This document shows, piece by piece, positions 8,966 to 17,551 of a stretch of 55,998 nt of DNA. The notes under the pieces are model-generated. The model had not been told where the DNA came from. It did no database searches and saw only the letters and a program-made list of their open reading frames with translations. This stretch comes from a bacterium (GTDB taxonomy: Bacteria; Vulcanimicrobiota; Vulcanimicrobiia; Vulcanimicrobiales; SCRA01). The stretch spans positions 1-55,998 of the forward strand of contig SCQY01000092.1 of assembly GCA_004298665.1 (NCBI GenBank), read 5' to 3'. Position 1 is the stretch's first letter. Every line of letters begins with the position of its first letter. The translations under genes were made by a program, and so were the position numbers.

Positions 8966-9733
8966 CTATGTTGCCGCGCGCCTGGTGCGTTTGGGCTTCG
9001 TCGGCGCGGGAAGTGCAGCCAACGAGCTCGTCGCGAGGTCGAAGTATCGCGCGTGGCACTCGATCTGCCCGTCACGGAAGAGCCGCCAAAGAAGATCCGT
9101 CGCGAGGGTTGCGACCATCTTGTTGACCATGAGATCCTGGCGCCGCAGTGCCTCGATCGCGCTACACGAGGGCGCATCGTCTTCGGCGATGGTTGTGTCC
9201 ATCAGCTCGGGGTGCAGTTCCGTCGCACACGGGAGGGCGTGCACCAGGGCCTGGTCGGGATGACGCGGTGTGCCGAGCACGACCTGGCCGGTGGTGAGGC
9301 TGTTACCGGTATCGAGCCACAGCTTCCAGCGATAGAATCCGCGACCGAACGCGAAGCTGTGTAGCTGCGCTCGGGCCGCCCGGGAGTCGACACAAGAAAT
9401 GACCAGGTCCCAGTTCTGCTTGGCCGGCGTTGCGGTGAAGCGCTTCGGCACGGCGCTCCACGCGAGAGAGCAGCCGAGGTTTATGCGATGGATGAGGACC
9501 TCTGCCTTGTTCCGGCCGAGATCGCTGCGCGTATAGCGCTGGCGGACGATGTTCGCCGGTGAAACGGTGTCGGGGTCGAAGGCCGTCACGTCCAGACCTC
9601 CAAAGCCGAGTGCCTGAAGGCCGAGATGGAGGTGGATTAGGTTGGAGACAAGCTCGCTACCTGTTCCACCTACGCCGACTACCGCAACCTGGAGCGCGTG
9701 GTGTCCGAGAAAGTCGCGCGCTAACGACCACAT
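8966..9733 (-). CDS. PRTRC system ThiF (E1-like) protein
   Basis: VVGVGGTGS, DPDTVSPANIVRQ, NKAEVL, ISCVDS, WLDTGN, PSCSAIEAL.RQDL.VNK motifs. Confidence 0.93.
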   Translation of the reverse strand: MWSLARDFLGHHALQVAVVGVGGTGSELVSNLIHLHLGLQALGFGGLDVTAFDPDTVSPANIVRQRYTRSDLGRNKAEVLIHRINLGCSLAWSAVPKRFTATPAKQNWDLVISCVDSRAARAQLHSFAFGRGFYRWKLWLDTGNSLTTGQVVLGTPRHPDQALVHALPCATELHPELMDTTIAEDDAPSCSAIEALRRQDLMVNKMVATLATDLLWRLFRDGQIECHARYFDLATSSLAALPAPTKPKRTRRAAT

Positions 9734-10416
9734 AGAGCCTTCTCCACGGTGAGGTCGGTAGGCATGAGCCAGGCGGGATCGAAGGTGCCGGCGGCGACGG
9801 CCGCGGTGAGCAGCTCTGCGTACGTCCCGGAACGGCGCCAGCACTTCGTCGCCGACAAGTGAGTGAAGTTCGAGCTGAAGAACGCGGCCGTCCATTTCCC
9901 CGTGTCCGAAGGCTCGATGCTTTTCGGGAGGACCATGGATCCCAGGCAGACATCGTTATTTGCGAAGACGTTCCAGTAAGGCGCCTTGCAGAGCGGGGTT
10001 TCGAGCGTCGGCCGCTCGTCACGTGACAGTGCGTAGACCGAGAGCCCGCCGCTGCGGGCAATGAAGAGCAGTGGCGGCTGCGGGACAGGTTTGGAGTCGA
10101 ATGCCGCGACCGCATGGTCCGTCGAGGGCTTGAAGAACATCGTTCGCGTTGCCGCCGGCTCGTACCACACGATCGCGCTGTGGCTCGTGGCCACGACGTT
10201 CGCGGGCACGTAGGTAAGCGGGCCGCGCTGGAACAGGCTGAGTAAGCCTTCCACGAACCCTTGCGTCACGAACGTTCCAGCGCCTAGGCGTGCGCCGGCG
10301 CGCTCGACGATAACGGGGTGCTGCACGGCGATCGCCGTACGGTCCGCACCGTAGAGGAGGATGGCGGTGTGCAAGGCATGGCGATTCGCCTCGCTCTCCT
10401 GGAGTGAAATATTCAC
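9721..10416 (-). CDS. PRTRC system protein B (prokaryotic E2 family D)
   Basis: PQPPLLF, RPTLETPL.KAPYWNV...VCLGS, FFSSNFTH motifs; adjacent to ThiF. Confidence 0.9.
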   Translation of the reverse strand: MNISLQESEANRHALHTAILLYGADRTAIAVQHPVIVERAGARLGAGTFVTQGFVEGLLSLFQRGPLTYVPANVVATSHSAIVWYEPAATRTMFFKPSTDHAVAAFDSKPVPQPPLLFIARSGGLSVYALSRDERPTLETPLCKAPYWNVFANNDVCLGSMVLPKSIEPSDTGKWTAAFFSSNFTHLSATKCWRRSGTYAELLTAAVAAGTFDPAWLMPTDLTVEKALCGR

Positions 10417-10420
10417 GCGC

Positions 10421-10708
10421 CTAGTCCCCGCAAGGAGTCGCGATGAGGACGTACTCGCGACCGGCGATTGCGGTGGTACATACAGGGAAGCCGCCGTCGC
10501 CGACGTTCAGGTCGAGTGCTTGATCGTGCTCGGGATCGACGATGCGCTGCTCCTCACCGTTCGTAACGGCAACGGCCTCGAGGTGCATCGGCGTCCCGTT
10601 GATCTCAATATCCGTGAGCAGGCGGCATCGCGTGTCATGCGCGTCGTGGTATGCTCCGGTCGGCTTCCAGGCGCCGCGCGGAATCGTGATCGATGGGTGT
10701 TCGGGCAT
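10421..10708 (-). CDS. Hypothetical protein inserted in the PRTRC cassette
   Basis: GGAGG RBS before ATG 10708; INGTPMHLEAVAV...IAGREYVLIATP. Confidence 0.6.
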   Translation of the reverse strand: MPEHPSITIPRGAWKPTGAYHDAHDTRCRLLTDIEINGTPMHLEAVAVTNGEEQRIVDPEHDQALDLNVGDGGFPVCTTAIAGREYVLIATPCGD

Positions 10709-10768
10709 CGTGTCCTCCAGGGTACGGTTCGGCAGAGCGCGACGAGGCGTGTGTCGCAAGTTGGCCCG

Positions 10769-11830
10769 TTAGTTCGGATCGTCGGAGATCGCTTCGATGA
10801 TGCGGGCGATGGCATCGCTCGCCTGGGCAAAGGCAGTGACGGCGTGGTCGAAACGCGTGCAGTCAGCTTCTGTCAGTAGCATCATGTAGCTCGGCCCAAA
10901 GCCAGAGTCTCCTGCGACCTGTTGCCAGAGCTCTTCGACGGTCTCCATGACGAGTTGGGGTTTGTCGCCGCCACTGGTCTCGACTATCAAGGCGGGGTAC
11001 GGGAGGGCATCGTCACACCCCCTCGCATCGAGATCACGGGTAGTCAATAGAGCTGAGAGCGAATCGCGTGCGTGATAGAGGTCGCGTAGCGCGCGGACCA
11101 TCGTTGTGCTGCTCCGCCGCAGCTGCCGCGGGAGCTTCGAGAGACGCTTTTCACAGGCATTGAGGCTAAGGAGTCCGCCGCGCATGACGCTTCGGTGGTG
11201 GGTGCCGACTCGGCGCGCGAATGCCTCTGGCGTCAGAATGTGGTTGTCGCGCACATACTTGCGAAGCTGCGCCTCCGATACATCCTCAGGTGTACACCCG
11301 AGTTCTCCCGCAACCTCGTCGCGCGTGAACCATCGCCACTCCTCGGGATCGCCGTGAAAGTGAACCCAGTCGGCAGCGTCGATCGCCGTACTCGGCGTAA
11401 AGGCTTCGAAGGTGTAGCGGCTTGACAGCGACAGGTGGTGAAAGAGGCTGGCGGCAAGGCGCTTGTCTATTGCTGTAAGCTGGTCGTGAAAGACGCTTGC
11501 AACGATGGTATTGGGGCCCTCCCCTTCGGCCATGACGGTCACAACGTTGGCGTCCGTGGCGGCCATATATGGGTGGTCCTGAGGGTCTTCTGCTGGACCG
11601 ATCAGGGAGATATCCATCCGGACGTCGGCATGTTGTGCCGCGTAAGCGCTTAGCGAGCGAGTAAGATACGTGAGCGTAGAGTCGCTAGGCTTCGGGGGAA
11701 GTGCGGGGAAAACGCCGGCGTCCAAAAGAGCTGCGTAAATTGCCTCTCGAGCGGGCGAGATCGGTGACCCGATACGCACCTCTGTTGGCACACCGTCGAG
11801 GGCCAACTGCGGGCCCTCGAGTATCGACAT
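10769..11830 (-). CDS. PRTRC system protein F-like
   Basis: Position between C and B; FTP...W.HFHGD.EEW segment; start uncertain (11830 or 11983). Confidence 0.6.
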   Translation of the reverse strand: MSILEGPQLALDGVPTEVRIGSPISPAREAIYAALLDAGVFPALPPKPSDSTLTYLTRSLSAYAAQHADVRMDISLIGPAEDPQDHPYMAATDANVVTVMAEGEGPNTIVASVFHDQLTAIDKRLAASLFHHLSLSSRYTFEAFTPSTAIDAADWVHFHGDPEEWRWFTRDEVAGELGCTPEDVSEAQLRKYVRDNHILTPEAFARRVGTHHRSVMRGGLLSLNACEKRLSKLPRQLRRSSTTMVRALRDLYHARDSLSALLTTRDLDARGCDDALPYPALIVETSGGDKPQLVMETVEELWQQVAGDSGFGPSYMMLLTEADCTRFDHAVTAFAQASDAIARIIEAISDDPN

Positions 11831-11995
11831 CTCTAGGGGAGCAGCGGGACGATCTCCCAGGGCAGGCGCTCGTCGGCGTCTGGGGTGAGAGTCGCGAGCG
11901 CCGTGCCGGTCCGAAGACTGTCCGCCGTCTCTTCGCGACTGGCGATCTGCGAACGCTCCACCTCGAGCTGCTCGTGTAGCCACGTGCTTGGCGGC

Positions 11996-12199
11996 CTACC
12001 CTTTGGTGCCGAGGCGGGTGCGCACGGTATACGTGGCTTTGCCATGTTCATTCTCCGGGCCCTCGACAACGGCGGTTGCGAGGGCAGGGATGGTGGCCGC
12101 GTGCATGCGCACCACGTCCTCGATGCTCGCCGCCGGGTTGAGATCGGCGAGAACGCGATCGTCGTAGCGGATGATCCGTGTGGGTGTCGTGATCTTCAT
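11996..12199 (-). CDS. PRTRC system protein C (ubiquitin-like)
   Basis: LADLNP..SIEDV...A..IPALATAVVEGP...GTKG C-terminus. Confidence 0.88.
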   Translation of the reverse strand: MKITTPTRIIRYDDRVLADLNPAASIEDVVRMHAATIPALATAVVEGPENEHGKATYTVRTRLGTKG

Positions 12200-12208
12200 C
12201 GCTACCCC

Positions 12209-13021
12209 CTAGGAGATTCCGAGCGTCAGTGCGCTCTGCTTCAGCGTGACGTCGATCGTCGTCGGCGTCGAGCCCACTGTTACGACCTCTGTATGCGTAT
12301 CGTGATATTCCTTGGCGACGGAGATCGTGTATTTGCCCACCGGCAGTATCGACTGTTTGCGAATGTCGACAGGGTAGGTCTTGCCAGCAGCGTCTGTAAC
12401 CACGAGGGTGGCGTCCTTCTGATCCACGTTCACCCGGAGACGGCCCGTCTTCGGCTTGGGCTTGTAGGCCTCGGCGCGTCTAGCAGCGTCGTCTTTGGCC
12501 TTGGCGGCAGCCTGGGCGGTCTGCTGAGCGATCGCCTCGGCCGTGGCGATCGAGAGCGTTCGCGCGGGGACGTACTGTGCGAGTGCACTTACCAAGTTGG
12601 CGTCGATCTCGGCGGGGGAACCGGCAACTTGAAGGGGGATCGCCGCGGCGTGCGATTCCTTCTCGGCGGGGGTAGGCTGGATGGTGACGAGGATCTCCTG
12701 ATCGCTGAGTTTGGCGATGGCCAGGAGGAGCGTTCCTTTGACGGCGAGCGAAGCGGCTAGGCCTTGAATGATCCCAGAAAGCACGATCGGCTGCGGCGTC
12801 TCGACGGACGAGGGCGTGGCATCGGTGTCACCTTCGTCGTGTTCCGCCGGAGACTCGGCAGTATCGCTTTCATCGTCGTCGTCGTCATTGTCCGCCGGCG
12901 TGGAGTCAGCGGTGGTGCTCTCGTCGACGCCGTCTCCGAGGTCGCCGGCGAGAGCCTCGTGCTCGTCGGTTTCTTCGTTGGTCGCGGCTTCCGATGTGGC
13001 GGTGGGCGCGGGACTACTCAA
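12209..13021 (-). CDS. PRTRC system protein E with an acidic N-terminal extension and a C-terminal PEGA-like domain
   Basis: VTIQP...IPLQVAGSPAEIDANLVSAL core; D/E-rich first ~75 aa; GRLRVNV...LPVGKYTISVAKE..D C-terminal domain. Confidence 0.75.
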   Translation of the reverse strand: MSSPAPTATSEAATNEETDEHEALAGDLGDGVDESTTADSTPADNDDDDDESDTAESPAEHDEGDTDATPSSVETPQPIVLSGIIQGLAASLAVKGTLLLAIAKLSDQEILVTIQPTPAEKESHAAAIPLQVAGSPAEIDANLVSALAQYVPARTLSIATAEAIAQQTAQAAAKAKDDAARRAEAYKPKPKTGRLRVNVDQKDATLVVTDAAGKTYPVDIRKQSILPVGKYTISVAKEYHDTHTEVVTVGSTPTTIDVTLKQSALTLGIS

Positions 13022-13471
13022 GGGCGTCTCCTTCGTTGGGTGGTGAGATGCGAAAGTCGACTCGATGGATCTGTGTGCGCAGCGGCACGAGGTGCGCGGC
13101 TGCGCTCTTGCGCACGAGCTCCAGCCCGTCCACCGTACGCCAACGCGGGGGTGAGCCTCTGCGTTCTCGGTGCTGGCAGGGTAGAGCTGGGCATCTTACG
13201 GCCTGTGCGGAACGCTCTCGGGTCATCCAGGTTACACCGCGCTAGCGGGGCTCAAGCCTGGCCGTGTTCCCGAGAGCGGGGGTGCCTATCCGCGCACCCC
13301 TCCCTCGCCCTCGTGCAGGCCCCGGTCCGGCCGCTGATCGTCGCATCCGGTGAGTACCTGATACCTCGTCGATCTCCGGGGAGGGGAGCGGGTATCTTGA
13401 GCGCAGGGCGCTCGCGGAGGGGTCGTCCCGCTGGGCGACGGCCCTACTGTGAGAGTCCTACGCGGCGAACT

Positions 13472-13657
13472 TCACGCGCCCTCCAGCCCGAGTTCCGAGC
13501 GGTATGCCTCGAGCGCCAAGACGATGGCGTTCGCTCGGATGGCGCGCGCTTCGTACACCGGCTCGTTTCCTGGCGTGCAGCGCCGGAGCGCGTCGCGGGC
13601 CGCCTCAACCTCGCCCTGGTAGAAGTCGATGTCGCGGTCGATGATACGGGTACTCAT
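13472..13657 (-). CDS. Small hypothetical protein
   Basis: GAGGAGG RBS, helical-looking sequence. Confidence 0.55.
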   Translation of the reverse strand: MSTRIIDRDIDFYQGEVEAARDALRRCTPGNEPVYEARAIRANAIVLALEAYRSELGLEGA

Positions 13658-13776
13658 GCCAGGACCTCCTCGCCGCGCTCGGCGGCGCAGTCATCGCACA
13701 GTATTTCGCCGGGAACGTGAATGTAGACGGCGATAAGGCGCCCACACCCATCACACGGTACCTCAACGGCGTTCAT
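13654..13776 (-). CDS. 40-aa zinc-ribbon microprotein (not in ORF track)
   Basis: MNAVEVPCDGCGRLIAVYIHVPGEILCDDCAAERGEEVLA; GGAGG RBS; ATGA overlap with the next gene. Confidence 0.6.
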   Translation of the reverse strand: MNAVEVPCDGCGRLIAVYIHVPGEILCDDCAAERGEEVLA

Positions 13777-13826
13777 GCCAGCACCTCCCCGCCCGTCTCG
13801 AGGTCCGCGGTGATGCGCTCGACAGT

Positions 13827-14144
13827 TTAGGCATCCGGCGCCTGTGAGCGAGATGCTGCGCCGAAAACGTCGAGCACGTCGAGGAGCCCGAAGCGCCGGG
13901 GATCACCGACACAGTTTCCGGTAGCAACTCGGTCGGCGGTTTCCGCGCGCGTCCAGGTCGCCATGCGCTGAGCCGTCGTGATGATCCGGCAGTCGCCGGT
14001 CGCGTTGCGCAGCCGCACCAGCAGTGAGGCGTCGGCGTGCGGGCTCCTTGCTAGCCGAACGACGTCCTCGTGACTCAGTCCGAAGGCTGCGGCCTCGCGG
14101 GAGATAGTTCCGTCTGCGACGGCGGCGTCGAGGGTCGTGGTCAT
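13827..14144 (-). CDS. Hypothetical protein
   Basis: AAAGGAG RBS. Confidence 0.55.
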   Translation of the reverse strand: MTTTLDAAVADGTISREAAAFGLSHEDVVRLARSPHADASLLVRLRNATGDCRIITTAQRMATWTRAETADRVATGNCVGDPRRFGLLDVLDVFGAASRSQAPDA

Positions 14145-14218
14145 GGTCCGGTACTCCTTTGTGGTCTGCCCCCGCCCCGACTCGACGGCGCGCTCGGCTC
14201 ATGCCGGGGCGATGCTCA

Positions 14219-14413
14219 TCAGGGCGCGCCCGGTGCTGGCAAGTGCGCGCCATCGTCGGCCAGCACGCACCAGCCACGGCGCAGGCACAGCGGCCGCTCA
14301 TCGATGCCGTCTGGTGAGATAATCTGGGCGCGCTCCTGCGAAGGCGGCCGACCACTCTCGAGCGCCAGGCGTTCTGCTGCCGCGTCGAAGAGGCCGCGGT
14401 CCCACGTAGTCAC
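14219..14413 (-). CDS. Small hypothetical protein
   Basis: GTGA coupling to the upstream ORF; C...C.L...H tail. Confidence 0.4.
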   Translation of the reverse strand: MTTWDRGLFDAAAERLALESGRPPSQERAQIISPDGIDERPLCLRRGWCVLADDGAHLPAPGAP

Positions 14414-14640
14414 TGATGGCGCTCGCGCTTGACCGCGTGCCGCTCTTGGGCCCGGAAGGCCTCGGCTCGCGTCCGGTAGACACGCCTGCCCTTGCGACGC
14501 AGCCCCAGATGGCGGCCGTCGGCGGTCTGGCCGTACGTGTGGACGACGTCGCCCTGGTAGCCACTGGGCTCGACGATGCGCAGAGGAGAGTTGACCACGC
14601 CCTGTCCGATGACCCAGGCGGTGCCCGCTATCCAGCCCAT
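14410..14640 (-). CDS. Small hypothetical protein
   Basis: Abuts the flanking ORFs; RVYRTRAEA motif. Confidence 0.5.
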   Translation of the reverse strand: MGWIAGTAWVIGQGVVNSPLRIVEPSGYQGDVVHTYGQTADGRHLGLRRKGRRVYRTRAEAFRAQERHAVKRERHQ

Positions 14641-14641
14641 A

Positions 14642-15055
14642 CTACTGGCCCGCCGTTCTCTGGCCCGGCATCGCTAGGAGATCGCCGTAGACGCAGCCCG
14701 GCGCGCAGTCCTCGCCGGCGCCCGTCCCGCAGTGCTCACACGGCTCCTTCAACGCGTCTAGATCGAGGCTGTGGCCGCAGTCCAGGCATGTCGAGACACC
14801 GTCGTCGATGCGTGTTCGCTCATGCTCACAGGGATCCGGCATGAGCGTCTCCATTGGTGGGTTGCCGGCATGCTCGTGATCGCGCCTGTGTCGGCCGCAA
14901 ACGGTGACGCCCTCGTCGACGGGAGCGCCCAAGGGAATGCGCCACGCGGCAGGTTCACCACACACGGACTCTCCGACGGGGTTCCAATAGCGAAACCGAT
15001 GCTCGCACGTCGGAGCCGTGTCGGTAGGGGCGGCGATGGTCGCTTCATCGTCCAA
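14642..15055 (-). CDS. Cys/His-rich multi zinc-finger-like protein
   Basis: CEH, CGEPA...CGRH, CLDCG, CEHCG...C...C motifs. Confidence 0.55.
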   Translation of the reverse strand: MDDEATIAAPTDTAPTCEHRFRYWNPVGESVCGEPAAWRIPLGAPVDEGVTVCGRHRRDHEHAGNPPMETLMPDPCEHERTRIDDGVSTCLDCGHSLDLDALKEPCEHCGTGAGEDCAPGCVYGDLLAMPGQRTAGQ

Positions 15056-15153
15056 AGCCTGAACTCACCGTTTGCGGCCGACGCGCCGAAGGAGGGCGTA
15101 CCGGACGAAGGCCAGCGGATCGAGGACGAGCCACAGCAGATCAGCGAGTCTCA

Positions 15154-15633
15154 TTACTGATCTTCCGGGCGCAGATATGCACGATTCACCGGGCCGCGGC
15201 CGCGGAAGATGATGAGGGTGACGTAGCCCTTGGCGTCTTCCTCCGACTCGACGATCTCTCTCGGGTCCGTCGGGCTCGCACCTCGCGAGTACTTGATCAG
15301 CTCAGGCATCTTCTTGCCGGTCGTCTGTGCTGCGAGGTGACGCTTCTTCCAGAAGTACCCCCGGCACCACAAACCCTCGTCATCACCGACCGTGGCGTGC
15401 GTTGCCCCGATCAGGGACCAATCGAAGCGATCGTGCTCAGCCAGGGGACGTCTGATGCCGCCTCGCGGGATCTCGCCGCACACGTATCCCCGCTTCCCCA
15501 AGAGGCGCTTAGTTTGGAGGAGCTCTTGGAGTCCCACGGTTGTCACGATCGTTCCACCAAGGGGATCGGTGAACGTGACGGTCACGGGGATCTGGCTGAG
15601 ATCGGCCTTTGGCGTGGAAACAGTTGCGGTCAT
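15154..15633 (-). CDS. ddrB: DdrB-family single-stranded DNA-binding/annealing protein
   Basis: GEIPRGG, FDWSLIGA, IKYSRGA..TDP and YVTLIIFRG motifs, collinear with Deinococcus DdrB as recalled; AGGAGGGA RBS before ATG 15633. Confidence 0.88.
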   Translation of the reverse strand: MTATVSTPKADLSQIPVTVTFTDPLGGTIVTTVGLQELLQTKRLLGKRGYVCGEIPRGGIRRPLAEHDRFDWSLIGATHATVGDDEGLWCRGYFWKKRHLAAQTTGKKMPELIKYSRGASPTDPREIVESEEDAKGYVTLIIFRGRGPVNRAYLRPEDQ

Positions 15634-15919
15634 AGTCCCTCCTGAGCAGGTGTAGGTGGAGTATGCTCCTGCGCTCGGCCACACGGGTGGCACAGTACGC
15701 CGGCATCGACGTGTATAATGGCTCGACGCGAGCGCGTTGCGCACGCATTCACGCTAGGTGCTGTGAACGATAGGCCTCCGATCGGTCAACCATTCCGCGT
15801 ATCCGCGCCACAGTGATCGCGCGTGGGTGCATCCGCTCTCGGATGGGGAGGAGTTCCTGCGCACTCTGTGCGAGCCGGCGCGAGGAAGATACTCGTTCGA
15901 TGGGCATCGTTATGGACCA

Positions 15920-17551
15920 TCACGCGATGCTTCGCGCGCCGTTGCCCACGCATGCGCTGTTCACGAGGGCCTGGATACGTTTACTGAAGCTCTCGACGAA
16001 GTTCTTGTCGAGCCGGACGACGGGGTGGCCGTAGAGTATCTCGTGGCGGAACGATGCCGGAACAACGGGGATCAAAGGAACGCCGGCGGCGATAGAGTCA
16101 CTTGCCATCACGTATCCATCGGTAAGGAACACGACGATACGCGGTGCTGGCAGCTCGTGGAGCCGTGCAAGCGCTGCGCCCAAGCTGGCGTCAGGTTCGC
16201 TGCCGCCGTCCGGGATGAAGCGTGCTAGGGCTTTCCCCGTCGTCTTCGGCGTCCAGGGCGTGACGGTTGGATGGTTAATCGTCGTGATTGCGCACCTGCC
16301 GTCTGTAGCGAAGGCGACCGTACTCAGTGCGAGCGCAAGGAGGCGGATCGCGTCAATCTCGCGCAAATCCGGGTGCGCGAAGTCGATGCCCGGGTTGAAT
16401 GAGGCTTCAGAGGGCGCAGCCATGGAGCCAGAATCGTCGACGAGGAAGCAGAGTGAGAGCCGTGTTCCGCGGGGCTTGTACTGTGAGCGCACGAAACAGT
16501 CATCGCTGCCGTGTGCTACTGCCCGCGTAAGGCGCGTTGGATCAATGCGCCCGCGTCGCTGGTTGCGACGCCGAACCCGGATCGAGCGTGAAACGCCCAG
16601 AATTCTCGAGACGGCCTGCGTAAATGCGGCTATCGTCGGCTGCAGCAGCTGTCGCTCGAGCTCCAGGTTCGCTGCGATGTCGTCGTCGTAGCGCAGTTCC
16701 TCTGAGGGAACCGTCGTCCCGACGATCGGATCGATGGAGCCGGCGCCGCCCTCGGTAGAGTCGTGGTGGAGTTCGGACTCCTTTCCGGGATCCGATTGCT
16801 CGTCGCTCGCTCCGTCTACCGGGGAGGACGCCGTCGGTGTGGTAGCCGGTGTGTCATGCTCCGTTCCATCCGCGTCCTCTGATGGGGCAGACGGGAGGGA
16901 GGGGACCGGAATGATGGCTGGGTTATTTTGGACAGGAGGAAGCCAGTGCGCCAGCAGCGGCAGGATCTCTCGGAGGATGGCCCAGCGGTCGACGCGCGTG
17001 GTCGCCACCTGAAGGGGTGACACGAGTGCGAGGAAGGCAGCGTCAACGTGCGGCCCGATGGGGTTTGCCAGCGTGCCATAGAGGCGGATGGCGAGGTCGC
17101 CGTCAACCGCGTAGGATCGCCACCCTTCGCCGAATGGCGGGTAGTACCCGAGCTTAAGGGCATGGGGGCTACGCGCGCGCAGCGCAGCCTCGGCGACGCC
17201 GTGTTCTGCATGCCAGAAGAGACGCACGATTTCCTCGGGCGTAAAGACGCCGCTGGCGCGAACGGCCTCTCGTGTCAACCTGGGAGGCGCCGTTTCCGCG
17301 AGGAGGCTCCCAAGTCTAGTGAACAACGAGGCCAGCCGGCGTTGGGCGGCGATACCTCGCGAGGGCGGCCCGATGTCGATGAGTGGGTTCTCATCACGTA
17401 GCCAGACCGAGAGCGCGCGCTCGGGGTATGTGACGATCCGCGCAACAGGGTCACCGCTCCATGTACGCGCGGGGACGAAGGTCACGCCCGTGTCGCGTGC
17501 GGCGATCGCGACCGTCGCGCGCAGCGCGGCGAGGCTAAGCAGCTTTGCCAT
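15920..17551 (-). CDS. VWA (MIDAS) domain protein, CobT/NorD-like partner of a MoxR ATPase
   Basis: RRGRIDPTRL, FLVDDSGSM (DxSxS), GGS, VFLTDG; acidic linker. Confidence 0.85.
   Translation of the reverse strand: MAKLLSLAALRATVAIAARDTGVTFVPARTWSGDPVARIVTYPERALSVWLRDENPLIDIGPPSRGIAAQRRLASLFTRLGSLLAETAPPRLTREAVRASGVFTPEEIVRLFWHAEHGVAEAALRARSPHALKLGYYPPFGEGWRSYAVDGDLAIRLYGTLANPIGPHVDAAFLALVSPLQVATTRVDRWAILREILPLLAHWLPPVQNNPAIIPVPSLPSAPSEDADGTEHDTPATTPTASSPVDGASDEQSDPGKESELHHDSTEGGAGSIDPIVGTTVPSEELRYDDDIAANLELERQLLQPTIAAFTQAVSRILGVSRSIRVRRRNQRRGRIDPTRLTRAVAHGSDDCFVRSQYKPRGTRLSLCFLVDDSGSMAAPSEASFNPGIDFAHPDLREIDAIRLLALALSTVAFATDGRCAITTINHPTVTPWTPKTTGKALARFIPDGGSEPDASLGAALARLHELPAPRIVVFLTDGYVMASDSIAAGVPLIPVVPASFRHEILYGHPVVRLDKNFVESFSKRIQALVNSACVGNGARSIA

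Noticed and set aside
11833-11983. Small ORF between PRTRC C and F
   Set aside because: Two competing frames and no clear RBS/start; cannot be resolved
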